DNA of 64,000 nt from assembly GCA_964016885.1 (NCBI GenBank), contig OZ024742.1, positions 365,738,001-365,802,000 of the forward strand, given 5' to 3'. Below the pieces are notes generated by a model. The model saw only the letters and a list, made by a program, of their open reading frames with translations. It ran no database searches and was not told the origin of the DNA. The position numbers and the translations under genes are program-made. Shown one piece after another: positions 45,156-59,409 of the stretch. This DNA comes from Eledone cirrhosa. Lineage: Eukaryota. Position 1 is the stretch's first letter; each line of letters opens with the position of its first letter.

Positions 45156-48100
45156 ATGTTGTCAGAAAACTATATTCCATATATTGTTGTCAGAAAACTA
45201 TATTCCATATATTGTCAGAAAACTATATTCCATATATTGTTGTCAGAAAACTATATTCCATATATTGTCAGACAACTATATTCCATATATTGTTGTCAGT
45301 AAACTATATTCCATTTATTGTTGTCAGAAAACTATATTCCATATATTGTTGTCAGAAAACTATATTCCATATATTGTTGTCAGTAAACAATATTCCATAT
45401 ATTGTCAGAAAACTATATTCCATAAATTGTTGTCAGTAAACTATATTCCATATATTGTTGTCAGAAAACTATATTCCATATATTGTTAGAAAACTATATT
45501 CCATATATTGTTGTCAGTAAACTATATTCCATATATTGTCAGAAAACTATATTCCATATATTGTTGTCAGAAAACTATATTACATATATTGTCAGAAAAC
45601 TATATTCCATATATTGTCAGAAAACTATATTCCATATATCGTTGTCAGAAAACTATATTCCATATATTGATGTCTGAAAACTATATTCCATATATTGTCA
45701 GAAAACTATATTCTATATATTGTTGTCAGTTAACTATATTCCATATATTGTCAGAAAACTATATTCCATATATTGTTGTCAGAAAACTATATTCCATATA
45801 TTGTCAGAGAACTATATTCTATATATTGTTGTCAGGAAACTATATTCCATATATTGTCAGACATCTATATTCCATATATTGTTGTCAGTAAACTATATTC
45901 CATATATTGTTGTAAGAAAACTATATTCCATATATTGTCAGAAAACTATATTCCATATATTGTCAGAAAACTATATTCCATATATTGTCAGAAAACTATA
46001 TTCCATATATTGTCAGAAAACTATATTCCATATATTGTTGTCAGAAAACTATATTCCATATATTGTCAGAAAACTATATTCCATATATTGTTGTCAGTAA
46101 ACTATATTTCATATATTGTCAGAAAACTATATTCCATATATTGTTGTCAGAAAACTATATTCCATATATTGTCAGAAAACTATATTCCATATATTGTCAG
46201 AAAACTATATTCCATATATTGTTGTCAGAAAACTATATTTCATATAGTGTCAGAAAACTATATTCCATATATTGTCAGAAAACTATATTCCATATATTGT
46301 TGTCAGACAACTATATTCCATATATTGTTGTCAGAAAACTATATTCCATATATTGTCAGAAAACTATATTCCATATATTGTTGTCAGTAAACTATATTCC
46401 ATATATTGTCAGAAAACTATATTCCATATATTGTCAGAAAACTATATTCCATATATTGTCAGAAAACTATATTCCATATATTGTCAGAAAACTATATTCC
46501 ATATATTGTTGTCTGAAAACTATATTCCATATATTGTCAGACAACTATAATCCATATATTGTTGTCAGTAAACTATATTCCATATATTGTCGTCAGAAAA
46601 CTATTTTCCATATATTGTTGTCAGTAAACTATATTCCATATATTGTCAGAAAAATATATTCCATATATTGTTGTCAGAAAACTATATTCCATATATTGTC
46701 AGAAAACTATATTCCATATATTGTTGTCAGAAAACTATATTCCATATATTGTCAGAAAACTATATTCCATATATTGTTGTCAGAAAACTATATTCCATAT
46801 ATTGTCAGAAAACTATATTCCATATATTGTTGTCAGAAAACTATATTCCATATATTGTCAGAAAACTATATTCCATATATTGTCAGAAAACTATATTCCA
46901 TATATTGTCAAAAAACTATATTCCATATATTGTCAGAAAACTATATTCCATATATTGTTGTCAGAAAACTATATTCCATATATTGTCAGAAAACTATATT
47001 CCATATATTGTCAGAAAACTGTATTCCATATATTGTTGTCTGAAAACTATATTCCATATATTGTCAGACAACTATATTCCATATATTGTTGTCAGTAAAC
47101 TATATTCCATATATTGTTGTCAGAAAACTATATTCCATATATTGTTGTAAGAAAACTATATTCCATATATTGTCAGAAAAATATATTCCAAATATTGTTG
47201 TCAGAAAACTATATTCCATATATTGTCAGAAAACTATATTCCATATATTGTCAGAAAACTATATTCCATATATTGTTGTCAGAAAACTATATTCCATATA
47301 TGGTTGTCAGTAAACTATATTCCATATATTGTCAGAAAACTATATTCCATATATTGTTGTCAGAAAACTATATTCCATATATTGTTGTCAGAAAACTATA
47401 TTCCATATATTGTCAGAAAACTATATTCCATATATTGTCAGAAAACTATATTCCATATATTGTTGTCAGTAAACTATATTCCATATATTGTCAGAAAACT
47501 ATATTCCATATATCGTTGTCAGAAAACTATATTCCATATATTGATGTCTGAAAACTATATTCCATATATTGTCAGAAAACTATATTCCATATATTGTTGT
47601 CAGTAAACTATATTCCATATATTGTCAGAAAACTATATTCCATATATTGTTGTCAGAAAACTATATTCCATATATTGTCAGAAAACTATATTCCATATAT
47701 TGTTGTCAGAAAACTATATTCCATATATTGTGAGAAAACTATTTTCCATATATTGTCAGAAAACTATATTCCATATATTGATGTCTGAAAACTATATTCC
47801 ATATATTGTCAGAAAACTATATTACATATATTGTTGTCAGAAAACTATATTCCATATATTGTCAGAAAACTATATTCCATATATTGTTGTCAGAAAACTA
47901 TATTCCATATATTGTCAGAAAACTATATTCCATATATTGTTGTCAGTAAACTATATTCCATATATTGTCAGAAAACTATATTCCATATATTGTTGTCAGA
48001 ATACTATATTCCATATATTGTCAGAAAACTATATTCCATATATTGTTGTCAGAAAACTATATTCCATATATTGTCAGAAAACTATATTCCATATATTGTT

Positions 48101-48384
48101 GTCAGAAAACTATATTCCATATATTGTCAGAAAACTATATTCCATATATTGTCAGAAAACTATATTCCATATATTGTTGTCAGAAAACTATATTCCATAT
48201 ATTGTTGTCAGAAAACTATATTCCATATATTGTCAGAAAACTATATTCCATATATTGTCAGAAAACTATATTCCATATATTGATGTCAGAAAACTATATT
48301 CCATATATTGTCAGAAAACTATATTCCATATATTGTTGTCAGTAAACTATATTCCATATATTGTCAGAAAACTATATTCCATAT

Positions 48385-51300
48385 ATTGTTGTCAGAAAAC
48401 TATATTCCATATATTGTCAGAAAACTATATTCCATATATTGTCAGAAAACTATATTCCATATATTGTTGTCAGTAAACTATATTCCATATATTGTTGCCA
48501 GAAAACTATATTCCATATATTGTTGTCAGAAAACTATATTCCATATATTGTCAGAAAACTATATTCCATATATTGTCAGAAAACTATATTCCATATATTG
48601 ATGTTTGAAAACTATATTCCATATATTGTCAGAAAACTATATTACATATATTGTTGTCAGAAAACTATATTCCCTATATTGTCGGAAAACTATATTCCAT
48701 ATATTGTTGTCAGAAAACTATATTCCATATATTGTCAGACAACTATATTCCATATATTGTTGTCAGTAAACTATATTCCATATATTGTTGTTAGAAAACT
48801 ATATTCCATATATTGTTGTCAGAAAACTATATTCCATATATTGTTGTCAGTAAACTATATTCCATATATTGTTGTCAGAAAACTATATTCCATATATTGT
48901 CATATATTGTCAGACAATTATATTCCATATATTGTTGTCAGAAAACTATATTCCATATATTGTTGTCAGAAAACTATATTCCATATATTGTCAGAAAACT
49001 ATATTCCATATATTGTTGTCAGTAAACTATATTCCATATATTGTTGCCAGAAAACTATATTCCATATATTGTTGTCAGAAAACTATATTCCATATATTGT
49101 CAGAAAACTATATTCCATATATTGTCAGAAAACTATATTCCATATATTGATGTTTGAAAACTATATTCCATATATTGTCAGAAAACTATATTACATATAT
49201 TGTTGTCAGAAAACTATATTCCCTATATTGTCGGAAAACTATATTCCATATATTGTTGTCAGAAAACTATATTCCATATATTGTCAGACAACTATATTCC
49301 ATATATTGTTGTCAGTAAACTATATTCCATATATTGTTGTTAGAAAACTATATTCCATATATTGTTGTCAGAAAACTATATTCCATATATTGTTGTCAGT
49401 AAACTATATTCCATATATTGTCAGAAAACTATATTCCATATATTGTTGTCAGAAAACTATATTCCATATATTGTCAGAAAACTATATTCCATATATTGTT
49501 GTCAGAAAACTATATTCCATATATTGTGAGAAAACTATTTTCCATATATTGTCAGAAAACTATATTCCATATATTGATGTCTGAAAACTATATTCCATAT
49601 ATTGTCAGAAAACTATATTACATATATTGTTGTCAGAAAACTATATTCCATATATTGTCAGAAAACTATATTCCATATATTGTTGTCAGAAAACTATATT
49701 CCATATATTGTCAGAAAACTATATTCCATATATTGTTGTCAGTAAACTATATTCCATATATTGTCAGAAAACTATATTCCATATATTGTTGTCAGAATAC
49801 TATATTCCATATATTGTCAGAAAACTATATTCCATATATTGTTGTCAGAAAACTATATTCCATATATTGTCAGAAAACTATATTCCATATATTGTTGTCA
49901 GTAAACTATATTCCATATATTGTCAGAAAACTATATTCCATATATTGTCAGAAAACTATATTCCATATATTGTTGTCAGAAAACTATATTCCATATATTG
50001 TTGTCAGAAAACTATATTCCATATATTGTCAGAAAACTATATTCCATATATTGTCAGAAAACTATATTCCATATATTGATGTCAGAAAACTATATTCCAT
50101 ATATTGTCAGAAAACTATATTCCATATATTGTTGTCAGTAAACTATATTCCATATATTGTCAGAAAACTATATTCCATATATTGTTGTCAGAAAACTATA
50201 TTCCATATATTGTCAGAAAACTATATTCCATATATTGTCAGAAAACTATATTCCATATATTGTTGTCAGTAAACTATATTCCATATATTGTTGCCAGAAA
50301 ACTATATTCCATATATTGTTGTCAGAAAACTATATTCCATATATTGTCAGAAAACTATATTCCATATATTGTCAGAAAACTATATTCCATATATTGATGT
50401 TTGAAAACTATATTCCATATATTGTCAGAAAACTATATTACATATATTGTTGTCAGAAAACTATATTCCCTATATTGTCGGAAAACTATATTCCATATAT
50501 TGTTGTCAGAAAACTATATTCCATATATTGTCAGACAACTATATTCCATATATTGTTGTCAGTAAACTATATTCCATATATTGTTGTTAGAAAACTATAT
50601 TCCATATATTGTTGTCAGAAAACTATATTCCATATATTGTTGTCAGTAAACTATATTCCATATATTGTCAGAAAACTATATTCCATATATTGTTGTCAGA
50701 AAACTATATTCCATATATTGTCAGAAAACTATATTCCATATATTGTTGTCAGAAAACTATATTCCATATATTGTGAGAAAACTATTTTCCATATATTGTC
50801 AGAAAACTATATTCCATATATTGATGTCTGAAAACTATATTCCATATATTGTCAGAAAACTATATTACATATATTGTTGTCAGAAAACTATATTCCATAT
50901 ATTGTCAGAAAACTATATTCCATATATTGTTGTCAGAAAACTATATTCCATATATTGTCAGAAAACTATATTCCATATATTGTTGTCAGTAAACTATATT
51001 CCATATATTGTCAGAAAACTATATTCCATATATTGTTGTCAGAATACTATATTCCATATATTGTCAGAAAACTATATTCCATATATTGTTGTCAGAAAAC
51101 TATATTCCATATATTGTCAGAAAACTATATTCCATATATTGTTGTCAGAAAACTATATTCCATATATTGTCAGAAAACTATATTCCATATATTGTCAGAA
51201 AACTATATTCCATATATTGTTGTCAGAAAACTATATTCCATATATTGTTGTCAGAAAACTATATTCCATATATTGTCAGAAAACTATATTCCATATATTG

Positions 51301-54300
51301 TCAGAAAACTATATTCCATATATTGATGTCAGAAAACTATATTCCATATATTGTCAGAAAACTATATTCCATATATTGTTGTCAGTAAACTATATTCCAT
51401 ATATTGTCAGAAAACTATATTCCATATATTGTTGTCAGAAAACTATATTCCATATATTGTCAGAAAACTATATTCCATATATTGTCAGAAAACTATATTC
51501 CATATATTGTTGTCAGAAAACTATATTCCATATATTGTCAGAAAACTATATTCCATATATTGTTGTCAGAAAACTATATTCCATATATTGTCAGAAAACT
51601 ATATTCCATATATTGTCAGAAAACTATATTCCATATATTGTCAGAAAACTATATTCCATATGTTGTCAGAAAACTATATTCCATATATTGTTGTCAGAAA
51701 ACTATATTCCATATACTGTCAGAAAACTATATTCCATATATTGTCAGAAAACTATATTCCATATGTTGTCAGAAAACTATATTCCATATATTGTTGTCAG
51801 AAAACTATATTCCATATATTGTCAGAGATCTATATTCCATATATTGTTGTCAGGAAACTATATTCCATATATTGTCAGACAACTATATTCCATATATTGT
51901 TGTCAGTAAACTATATTCCATATATTGTTGTTAGAAAACTATATTCCATATATTGTCAGAAAACTATATTCCATATATTGTCAGAAAACTATATTCCATA
52001 TATTGTCAGAAAACTATATTCCATATATTGTCAGAAAACTATATTCCATATATTGTTGTCAGAAAAATATATTCCATATATTGTCAGAAAACTATATTCC
52101 ATATAATGTTGTCAGTAAACTATATTTCATATATTGTTGTCAGAAAACTATATTCCAGATATTGTTGTCAGAAAACTATATTCCATATACTGTCAGAAAA
52201 CTATATTCCATATATTGTTGTCAGAAAACTATATTCCATATATTGTCAGAAAACTATATTCCATATATTGTCAGAAAACTATATTCCATATATTGTTGTC
52301 AGTAAACTATATTCCATATATTGTTGCCAGAAAACTATATTCCATATATTGTTGTCAGAAAACTATATTCCATATATTGTCAGAAAACTATATTCCATAT
52401 ATTGTCAGAAAACTATATTCCATATATTGATGTTTGAAAACTATATTCCATATATTGTCAGAAAACTATATTACATATATTGTTGTCAGAAAACTATATT
52501 CCCTATATTGTCGGAAAACTATATTCCATATATTGTTGTCAGAAAACTATATTCCATATATTGTCAGACAACTATATTCCATATATTGTTGTCAGTAAAC
52601 TATATTCCATATATTGTTGTTAGAAAACTATATTCCATATATTGTTGTCAGAAAACTATATTCCATATATTGTTGTCAGTAAACTATATTCCATATATTG
52701 TTGTCAGAAAACTATATTCCATATATTGTCATATATTGTCAGACAATTATATTCCATATATTGTTGTCAGAAAACTATATTCCATATATTGTTGTCAGAA
52801 AACTATATTCCATATATTGTCAGAAAACTATATTCCATATATTGTTGTCAGTAAACTATATTCCATATATTGTTGCCAGAAAACTATATTCCATATATTG
52901 TTGTCAGAAAACTATATTCCATATATTGTCAGAAAACTATATTCCATATATTGTCAGAAAACTATATTCCATATATTGATGTTTGAAAACTATATTCCAT
53001 ATATTGTCAGAAAACTATATTACATATATTGTTGTCAGAAAACTATATTCCCTATATTGTCGGAAAACTATATTCCATATATTGTTGTCAGAAAACTATA
53101 TTCCATATATTGTCAGACAACTATATTCCATATATTGTTGTCAGTAAACTATATTCCATATATTGTTGTTAGAAAACTATATTCCATATATTGTTGTCAG
53201 AAAACTATATTCCATATATTGTTGTCAGTAAACTATATTCCATATATTGTCAGAAAACTATATTCCATATATTGTTGTCAGAAAACTATATTCCATATAT
53301 TGTCAGAAAACTATATTCCATATATTGTTGTCAGAAAACTATATTCCATATATTGTGAGAAAACTATTTTCCATATATTGTCAGAAAACTATATTCCATA
53401 TATTGATGTCTGAAAACTATATTCCATATATTGTCAGAAAACTATATTACATATATTGTTGTCAGAAAACTATATTCCATATATTGTCAGAAAACTATAT
53501 TCCATATATTGTTGTCAGAAAACTATATTCCATATATTGTCAGAAAACTATATTCCATATATTGTTGTCAGTAAACTATATTCCATATATTGTCAGAAAA
53601 CTATATTCCATATATTGTTGTCAGAATACTATATTCCATATATTGTCAGAAAACTATATTCCATATATTGTTGTCAGAAAACTATATTCCATATATTGTC
53701 AGAAAACTATATTCCATATATTGTTGTCAGTAAACTATATTCCATATATTGTCAGAAAACTATATTCCATATATTGTCAGAAAACTATATTCCATATATT
53801 GTCAGAAAACTATATTCCATATATTGTTGTCAGAAAACTATATTCCATATATTGTCAGAAAACTATATTCCATATATTGTCAGAAAACTATATTCCATAT
53901 ATTGATGTCAGAAAACTATATTCCATATATTGTCAGAAAACTATATTCCATATATTGTTGTCAGTAAACTATATTCCATATATTGTCAGAAAACTATATT
54001 CCATATATTGTTGTCAGAAAACTATATTCCATATATTGTCAGAAAACTATATTCCATATATTGTCAGAAAACTATATTCCATATATTGTTGTCAGTAAAC
54101 TATATTCCATATATTGTTGCCAGAAAACTATATTCCATATATTGTTGTCAGAAAACTATATTCCATATATTGTCAGAAAACTATATTCCATATATTGTCA
54201 GAAAACTATATTCCATATATTGATGTTTGAAAACTATATTCCATATATTGTCAGAAAACTATATTACATATATTGTTGTCAGAAAACTATATTCCCTATA

Positions 54301-56040
54301 TTGTCGGAAAACTATATTCCATATATTGTTGTCAGAAAACTATATTCCATATATTGTCAGACAACTATATTCCATATATTGTTGTCAGTAAACTATATTC
54401 CATATATTGTTGTTAGAAAACTATATTCCATATATTGTTGTCAGAAAACTATATTCCATATATTGTTGTCAGTAAACTATATTCCATATATTGTCAGAAA
54501 ACTATATTCCATATATTGTTGTCAGAAAACTATATTCCATATATTGTCAGAAAACTATATTCCATATATTGTTGTCAGAAAACTATATTCCATATATTGT
54601 GAGAAAACTATTTTCCATATATTGTCAGAAAACTATATTCCATATATTGATGTCTGAAAACTATATTCCATATATTGTCAGAAAACTATATTACATATAT
54701 TGTTGTCAGAAAACTATATTCCATATATTGTCAGAAAACTATATTCCATATATTGTTGTCAGAAAACTATATTCCATATATTGTCAGAAAACTATATTCC
54801 ATATATTGTTGTCAGTAAACTATATTCCATATATTGTCAGAAAACTATATTCCATATATTGTTGTCAGAATACTATATTCCATATATTGTCAGAAAACTA
54901 TATTCCATATATTGTTGTCAGAAAACTATATTCCATATATTGTCAGAAAACTATATTCCATATATTGTTGTCAGAAAACTATATTCCATATATTGTCAGA
55001 AAACTATATTCCATATATTGTCAGAAAACTATATTCCATATATTGTTGTCAGAAAACTATATTCCATATATTGTTGTCAGAAAACTATATTCCATATATT
55101 GTCAGAAAACTATATTCCATATATTGTCAGAAAACTATATTCCATATATTGATGTCAGAAAACTATATTCCATATATTGTCAGAAAACTATATTCCATAT
55201 ATTGTTGTCAGTAAACTATATTCCATATATTGTCAGAAAACTATATTCCATATATTGTTGTCAGAAAACTATATTCCATATATTGTCAGAAAACTATATT
55301 CCATATATTGTCAGAAAACTATATTCCATATATTGTTGTCAGAAAACTATATTCCATATATTGTCAGAAAACTATATTCCATATATTGTTGTCAGAAAAC
55401 TATATTCCATATATTGTCAGAAAACTATATTCCATATATTGTCAGAAAACTATATTCCATATATTGTCAGAAAACTATATTCCATATGTTGTCAGAAAAC
55501 TATATTCCATATATTGTTGTCAGAAAACTATATTCCATATATTGTCAGAAAACTATATTCCATATATTGTCAGAAAACTATATTCCATATGTTGTCAGAA
55601 AACTATATTCCATATATTGTTGTCAGAAAACTATATTCCATATATTGTCAGAGATCTATATTCCATATATTGTTGTCAGGAAACTATATTCCATATATTG
55701 TCAGACAACTATATTCCATATATTGTTGTCAGTAAACTATATTCCATATATTGTTGTTAGAAAACTATATTCCATATATTGTCAGAAAACTATATTCCAT
55801 ATATTGTCAGAAAACTATATTCCATATATTGTCAGAAAACTATATTCCATATATTGTCAGAAAACTATATTCCATATATTGTTGTCAGAAAAATATATTC
55901 CATATATTGTCAGAAAACTATATTCCATATAATGTTGTCAGTAAACTATATTTCATATATTGTTGTCAGAAAACTATATTCCAGATATTGTTGTCAGAAA
56001 ACTATATTCCATATACTGTCAGAAAACTATATTCCATATA
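48385..56040. repeat. About 3.83-kb tandem duplication (offset 3,829 then 3,826 bp)
   Basis: ORF pairs 48813/52642 (3,829) and 50665/54491 (3,826). The GTCAGAGATC marker at about 51821 and 55647 is absent from copy A, which has GTCAGAGAAC at 39612. Confidence 0.9.
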
Positions 56041-59000
56041 TTGTCAGAAAACTATATTCCATATGTTGTCAGAAAACTATATTCCATATATTGTTGTCAG
56101 AAAACTATATTCCATATACTGTCAGAAAACTATATTCCATATATTGTCAGAAAACTATATTCCATATGTTGTCAGAAAACTATATTCCATATATTGTTGT
56201 CAGAAAACTATATTCCATATATTGTCAGAAAACTATTTCCATATATTGTTGTCAGGAAACTATATTCCATATATTCTCAGACAACTATATTCCATATATT
56301 GTTGTCAGTAAACTATATTCCATTTATTGTTGTCAGAAAACTATATTCCATATATTGTTGTCAGAAAACTATATTCCATATATTGTTGTCAGTAAACAAT
56401 ATTCCCTATATTGACAGAAAACTATATTCCATATATTGTTCTCAGTAAACTATATTCCATATATTGTCAGACAACTATATTCCATATATTGTTGTCAGTA
56501 AACTATATTCCATATATTGTCAGAAAACTATATTCCATATATCGTTGTCAGAAAACTATATTCCATATATTGATGTCTGAAAACTATATTCCATATATTG
56601 TCAGGAAACTATATTCTATATATTGTTGTCAGAAAACTATATTCCATATATTGTCAGAAAACTATATTCCATAAATTGTTGTCAGAAAACTATATTCCAT
56701 ATATTGTCAGAGAACTATATTCCATATATTGTTGTCAGGAAACTATATTCCACATATTGTCAGACAACTATATTCCATATATTGTTGTCAGTAAACTATA
56801 TTCCATATATTGTTGTTAGAAAACTATATTCCATATATTGTCAGAAAACTATATTCCATATATTGTCATAAAACTATATTCCATATATTGTCAGAAAACT
56901 ATATTCCATATATTGTTGTCAGAAAACTATATTCCATATATTGTCAGAAAAATATATTCCATATATTGTTGTTAGAAAACTATATTCCATATATTGTCAG
57001 AAAACTATATTCCATATATTGTTGTCAGTAAACTATATTCCATATATTGTCAGAAAACTATATTCCATATATTGTCAGAAAACTATATTCCATATATTGT
57101 TGTCAGAAAACTATATTCCATATATTGTCAGAAAACTATATTCCATATATTGTTGTCAGAAAACTATATTTCATATATTGTCAGAAAACTATATTCCATA
57201 TATTGTCAGAAAACTATATTACATATATTGTTGTCAGAAAACTATATCCCATATATGGTTGTCAGAAAACTATATTGCATATATTGTCAGAAAACTATAT
57301 TCCATATATTGTTGTCAGTAAACTATATTCCATATATTGTCAGAAAACTATATTCCATATATTGTTGTCAGAAAACTATATTCCATATATTGTCAGAAAA
57401 CTATATTCCATATATTGTCAGAAAACTATATTCCATATATGGTTGTCAGAAAACTATATTCCATATATTGTCAGAAAACTATATTCCATATATTGTTGTC
57501 AGAAAACTATATTCCATATATTGTCAGACAACTATATTCCATATATTGTTGTGAGAAAACTATATTCCATATATTGTTGTCAGTAAACTATATTCCATAT
57601 ATTGTTGTCAGAAAACTATATTCCATATATTGTTGTCAGAAAACTATATTCCATATATTGTTGTCAGAAAACTATATTCCATATATTGTCAGAAAACTAT
57701 ATTCCATATATTGTTGTCAGAAAACTATATTCCATATATTGTCCGAAAACTGTATTCCATATATTGTTGTTAGTAAATTATATTCCATATATTGTCAGAA
57801 AACTATATTCCATATATTGTTGTCAGAAAACTATATTCCATATATTGTCAGAAAACTATATTCCTTATATTGTCAGAAAACTATATTCCATATATTGTCC
57901 GAAAACTATATTCCATATATTGTTAGAAAACTATATTCCATATATTGTTGTCATAAAACTATATTACATATATTGTTGTCATAAAACTATATTCCATATA
58001 TTGTCAGAAAACTATATTCCATATATTGTTAGAAAACTATATTCCATATATTGATGTCAGTAAACTATATTACATATATTGTCAGAAAACTATATTCCAT
58101 ATATTGTTGTCAGTAAACTATATTCCATATATTGTTGTCAGTAAACTATATTCCATATATTGTCAGAAAACTATATTCCATATATTGTAGTCAGTAAAGT
58201 ATATTCCATATAATGTCAGAAAACTATATTCCATATATTGTTGTCAGTAAACTATATTCCATATATTGTCAGACAACAATATTCCATATATTGTTGTCAG
58301 TAAACTATATTCCATATATTGTCAGAAAACTATATTCCATATATCGTTGTCAGAAAACTATATTCCATATATTGATGTCTGAAAACTATATTCCATATAT
58401 TGTCAGAAAACTATATTCTATATATTGTTGTCAGAAAACTATATTCCACATATTGATGTCTGAAAACTATATTCCATATATTGTCAGAAAACTATATTCT
58501 ATATATTGCTGTCAGAAAACTATATTCCATATATTGTTGTCAGGAAACTATATTCCACATATTGTCAGACAACTATATTCCATATATTGTTGTCAGTAAA
58601 CTATATTCCATATATTGTTGTTAGAAAACTATATTCCATATATTGTCAGAAAACTATATTCCATATATTGTCAGAAAACTATATTCCATATATTGTCAGA
58701 AAACTATATTCCATATATTGTCAGAAAACTATATTCCATATATTGTTGTCAGAAAACTATATTCCATATATTGTCAGAAAACTATATTCCATATATTGTT
58801 GTCAGTAAACTATATTTCATATATTGTCAGAAAACTATATTCCATATATTGTTGTCAGAAAACTATATTCCATATATTGTTGTCAGTAAACTATATTCCA
58901 TATATTGTTGTCAGAAAACTATATTCCATATATTGTCAGAAAACTATATTCCATATATTGTTGTCAGAAAACTATTTTCCATATATTGTCAGAAAACTAT

Positions 59001-59409
59001 ATTCCATATATTGTTGTCAGAAAACTATATTCCATATATTGTCAGAAAACTATATTCCATATATTGTCAGAAAACTATATTCCATATATTGTCAGAAAAC
59101 TATATTCCATATGTTGTCAGAAAACTATATTCCATATATTGTTGTCAGAAAACTATATTCCATATATTGTCAGAAAACTATATTCCATATATTGTTGTCA
59201 GAAAACTATATTCCATATATTGTCAGACAACTATATTCCATATATTGTTGTCAGTAAACTATATTCCATTTATTGTTGTCAGAAAACTATATTCCATATA
59301 TTGTTGTCAGAAAACTATATTCCATATATTGTTGTCAGTAAACAATATTCCATATATTGTCAGAAAACTATATTCCATAAATTGTTGTCAGTAAACTATA
59401 TTCCATATA

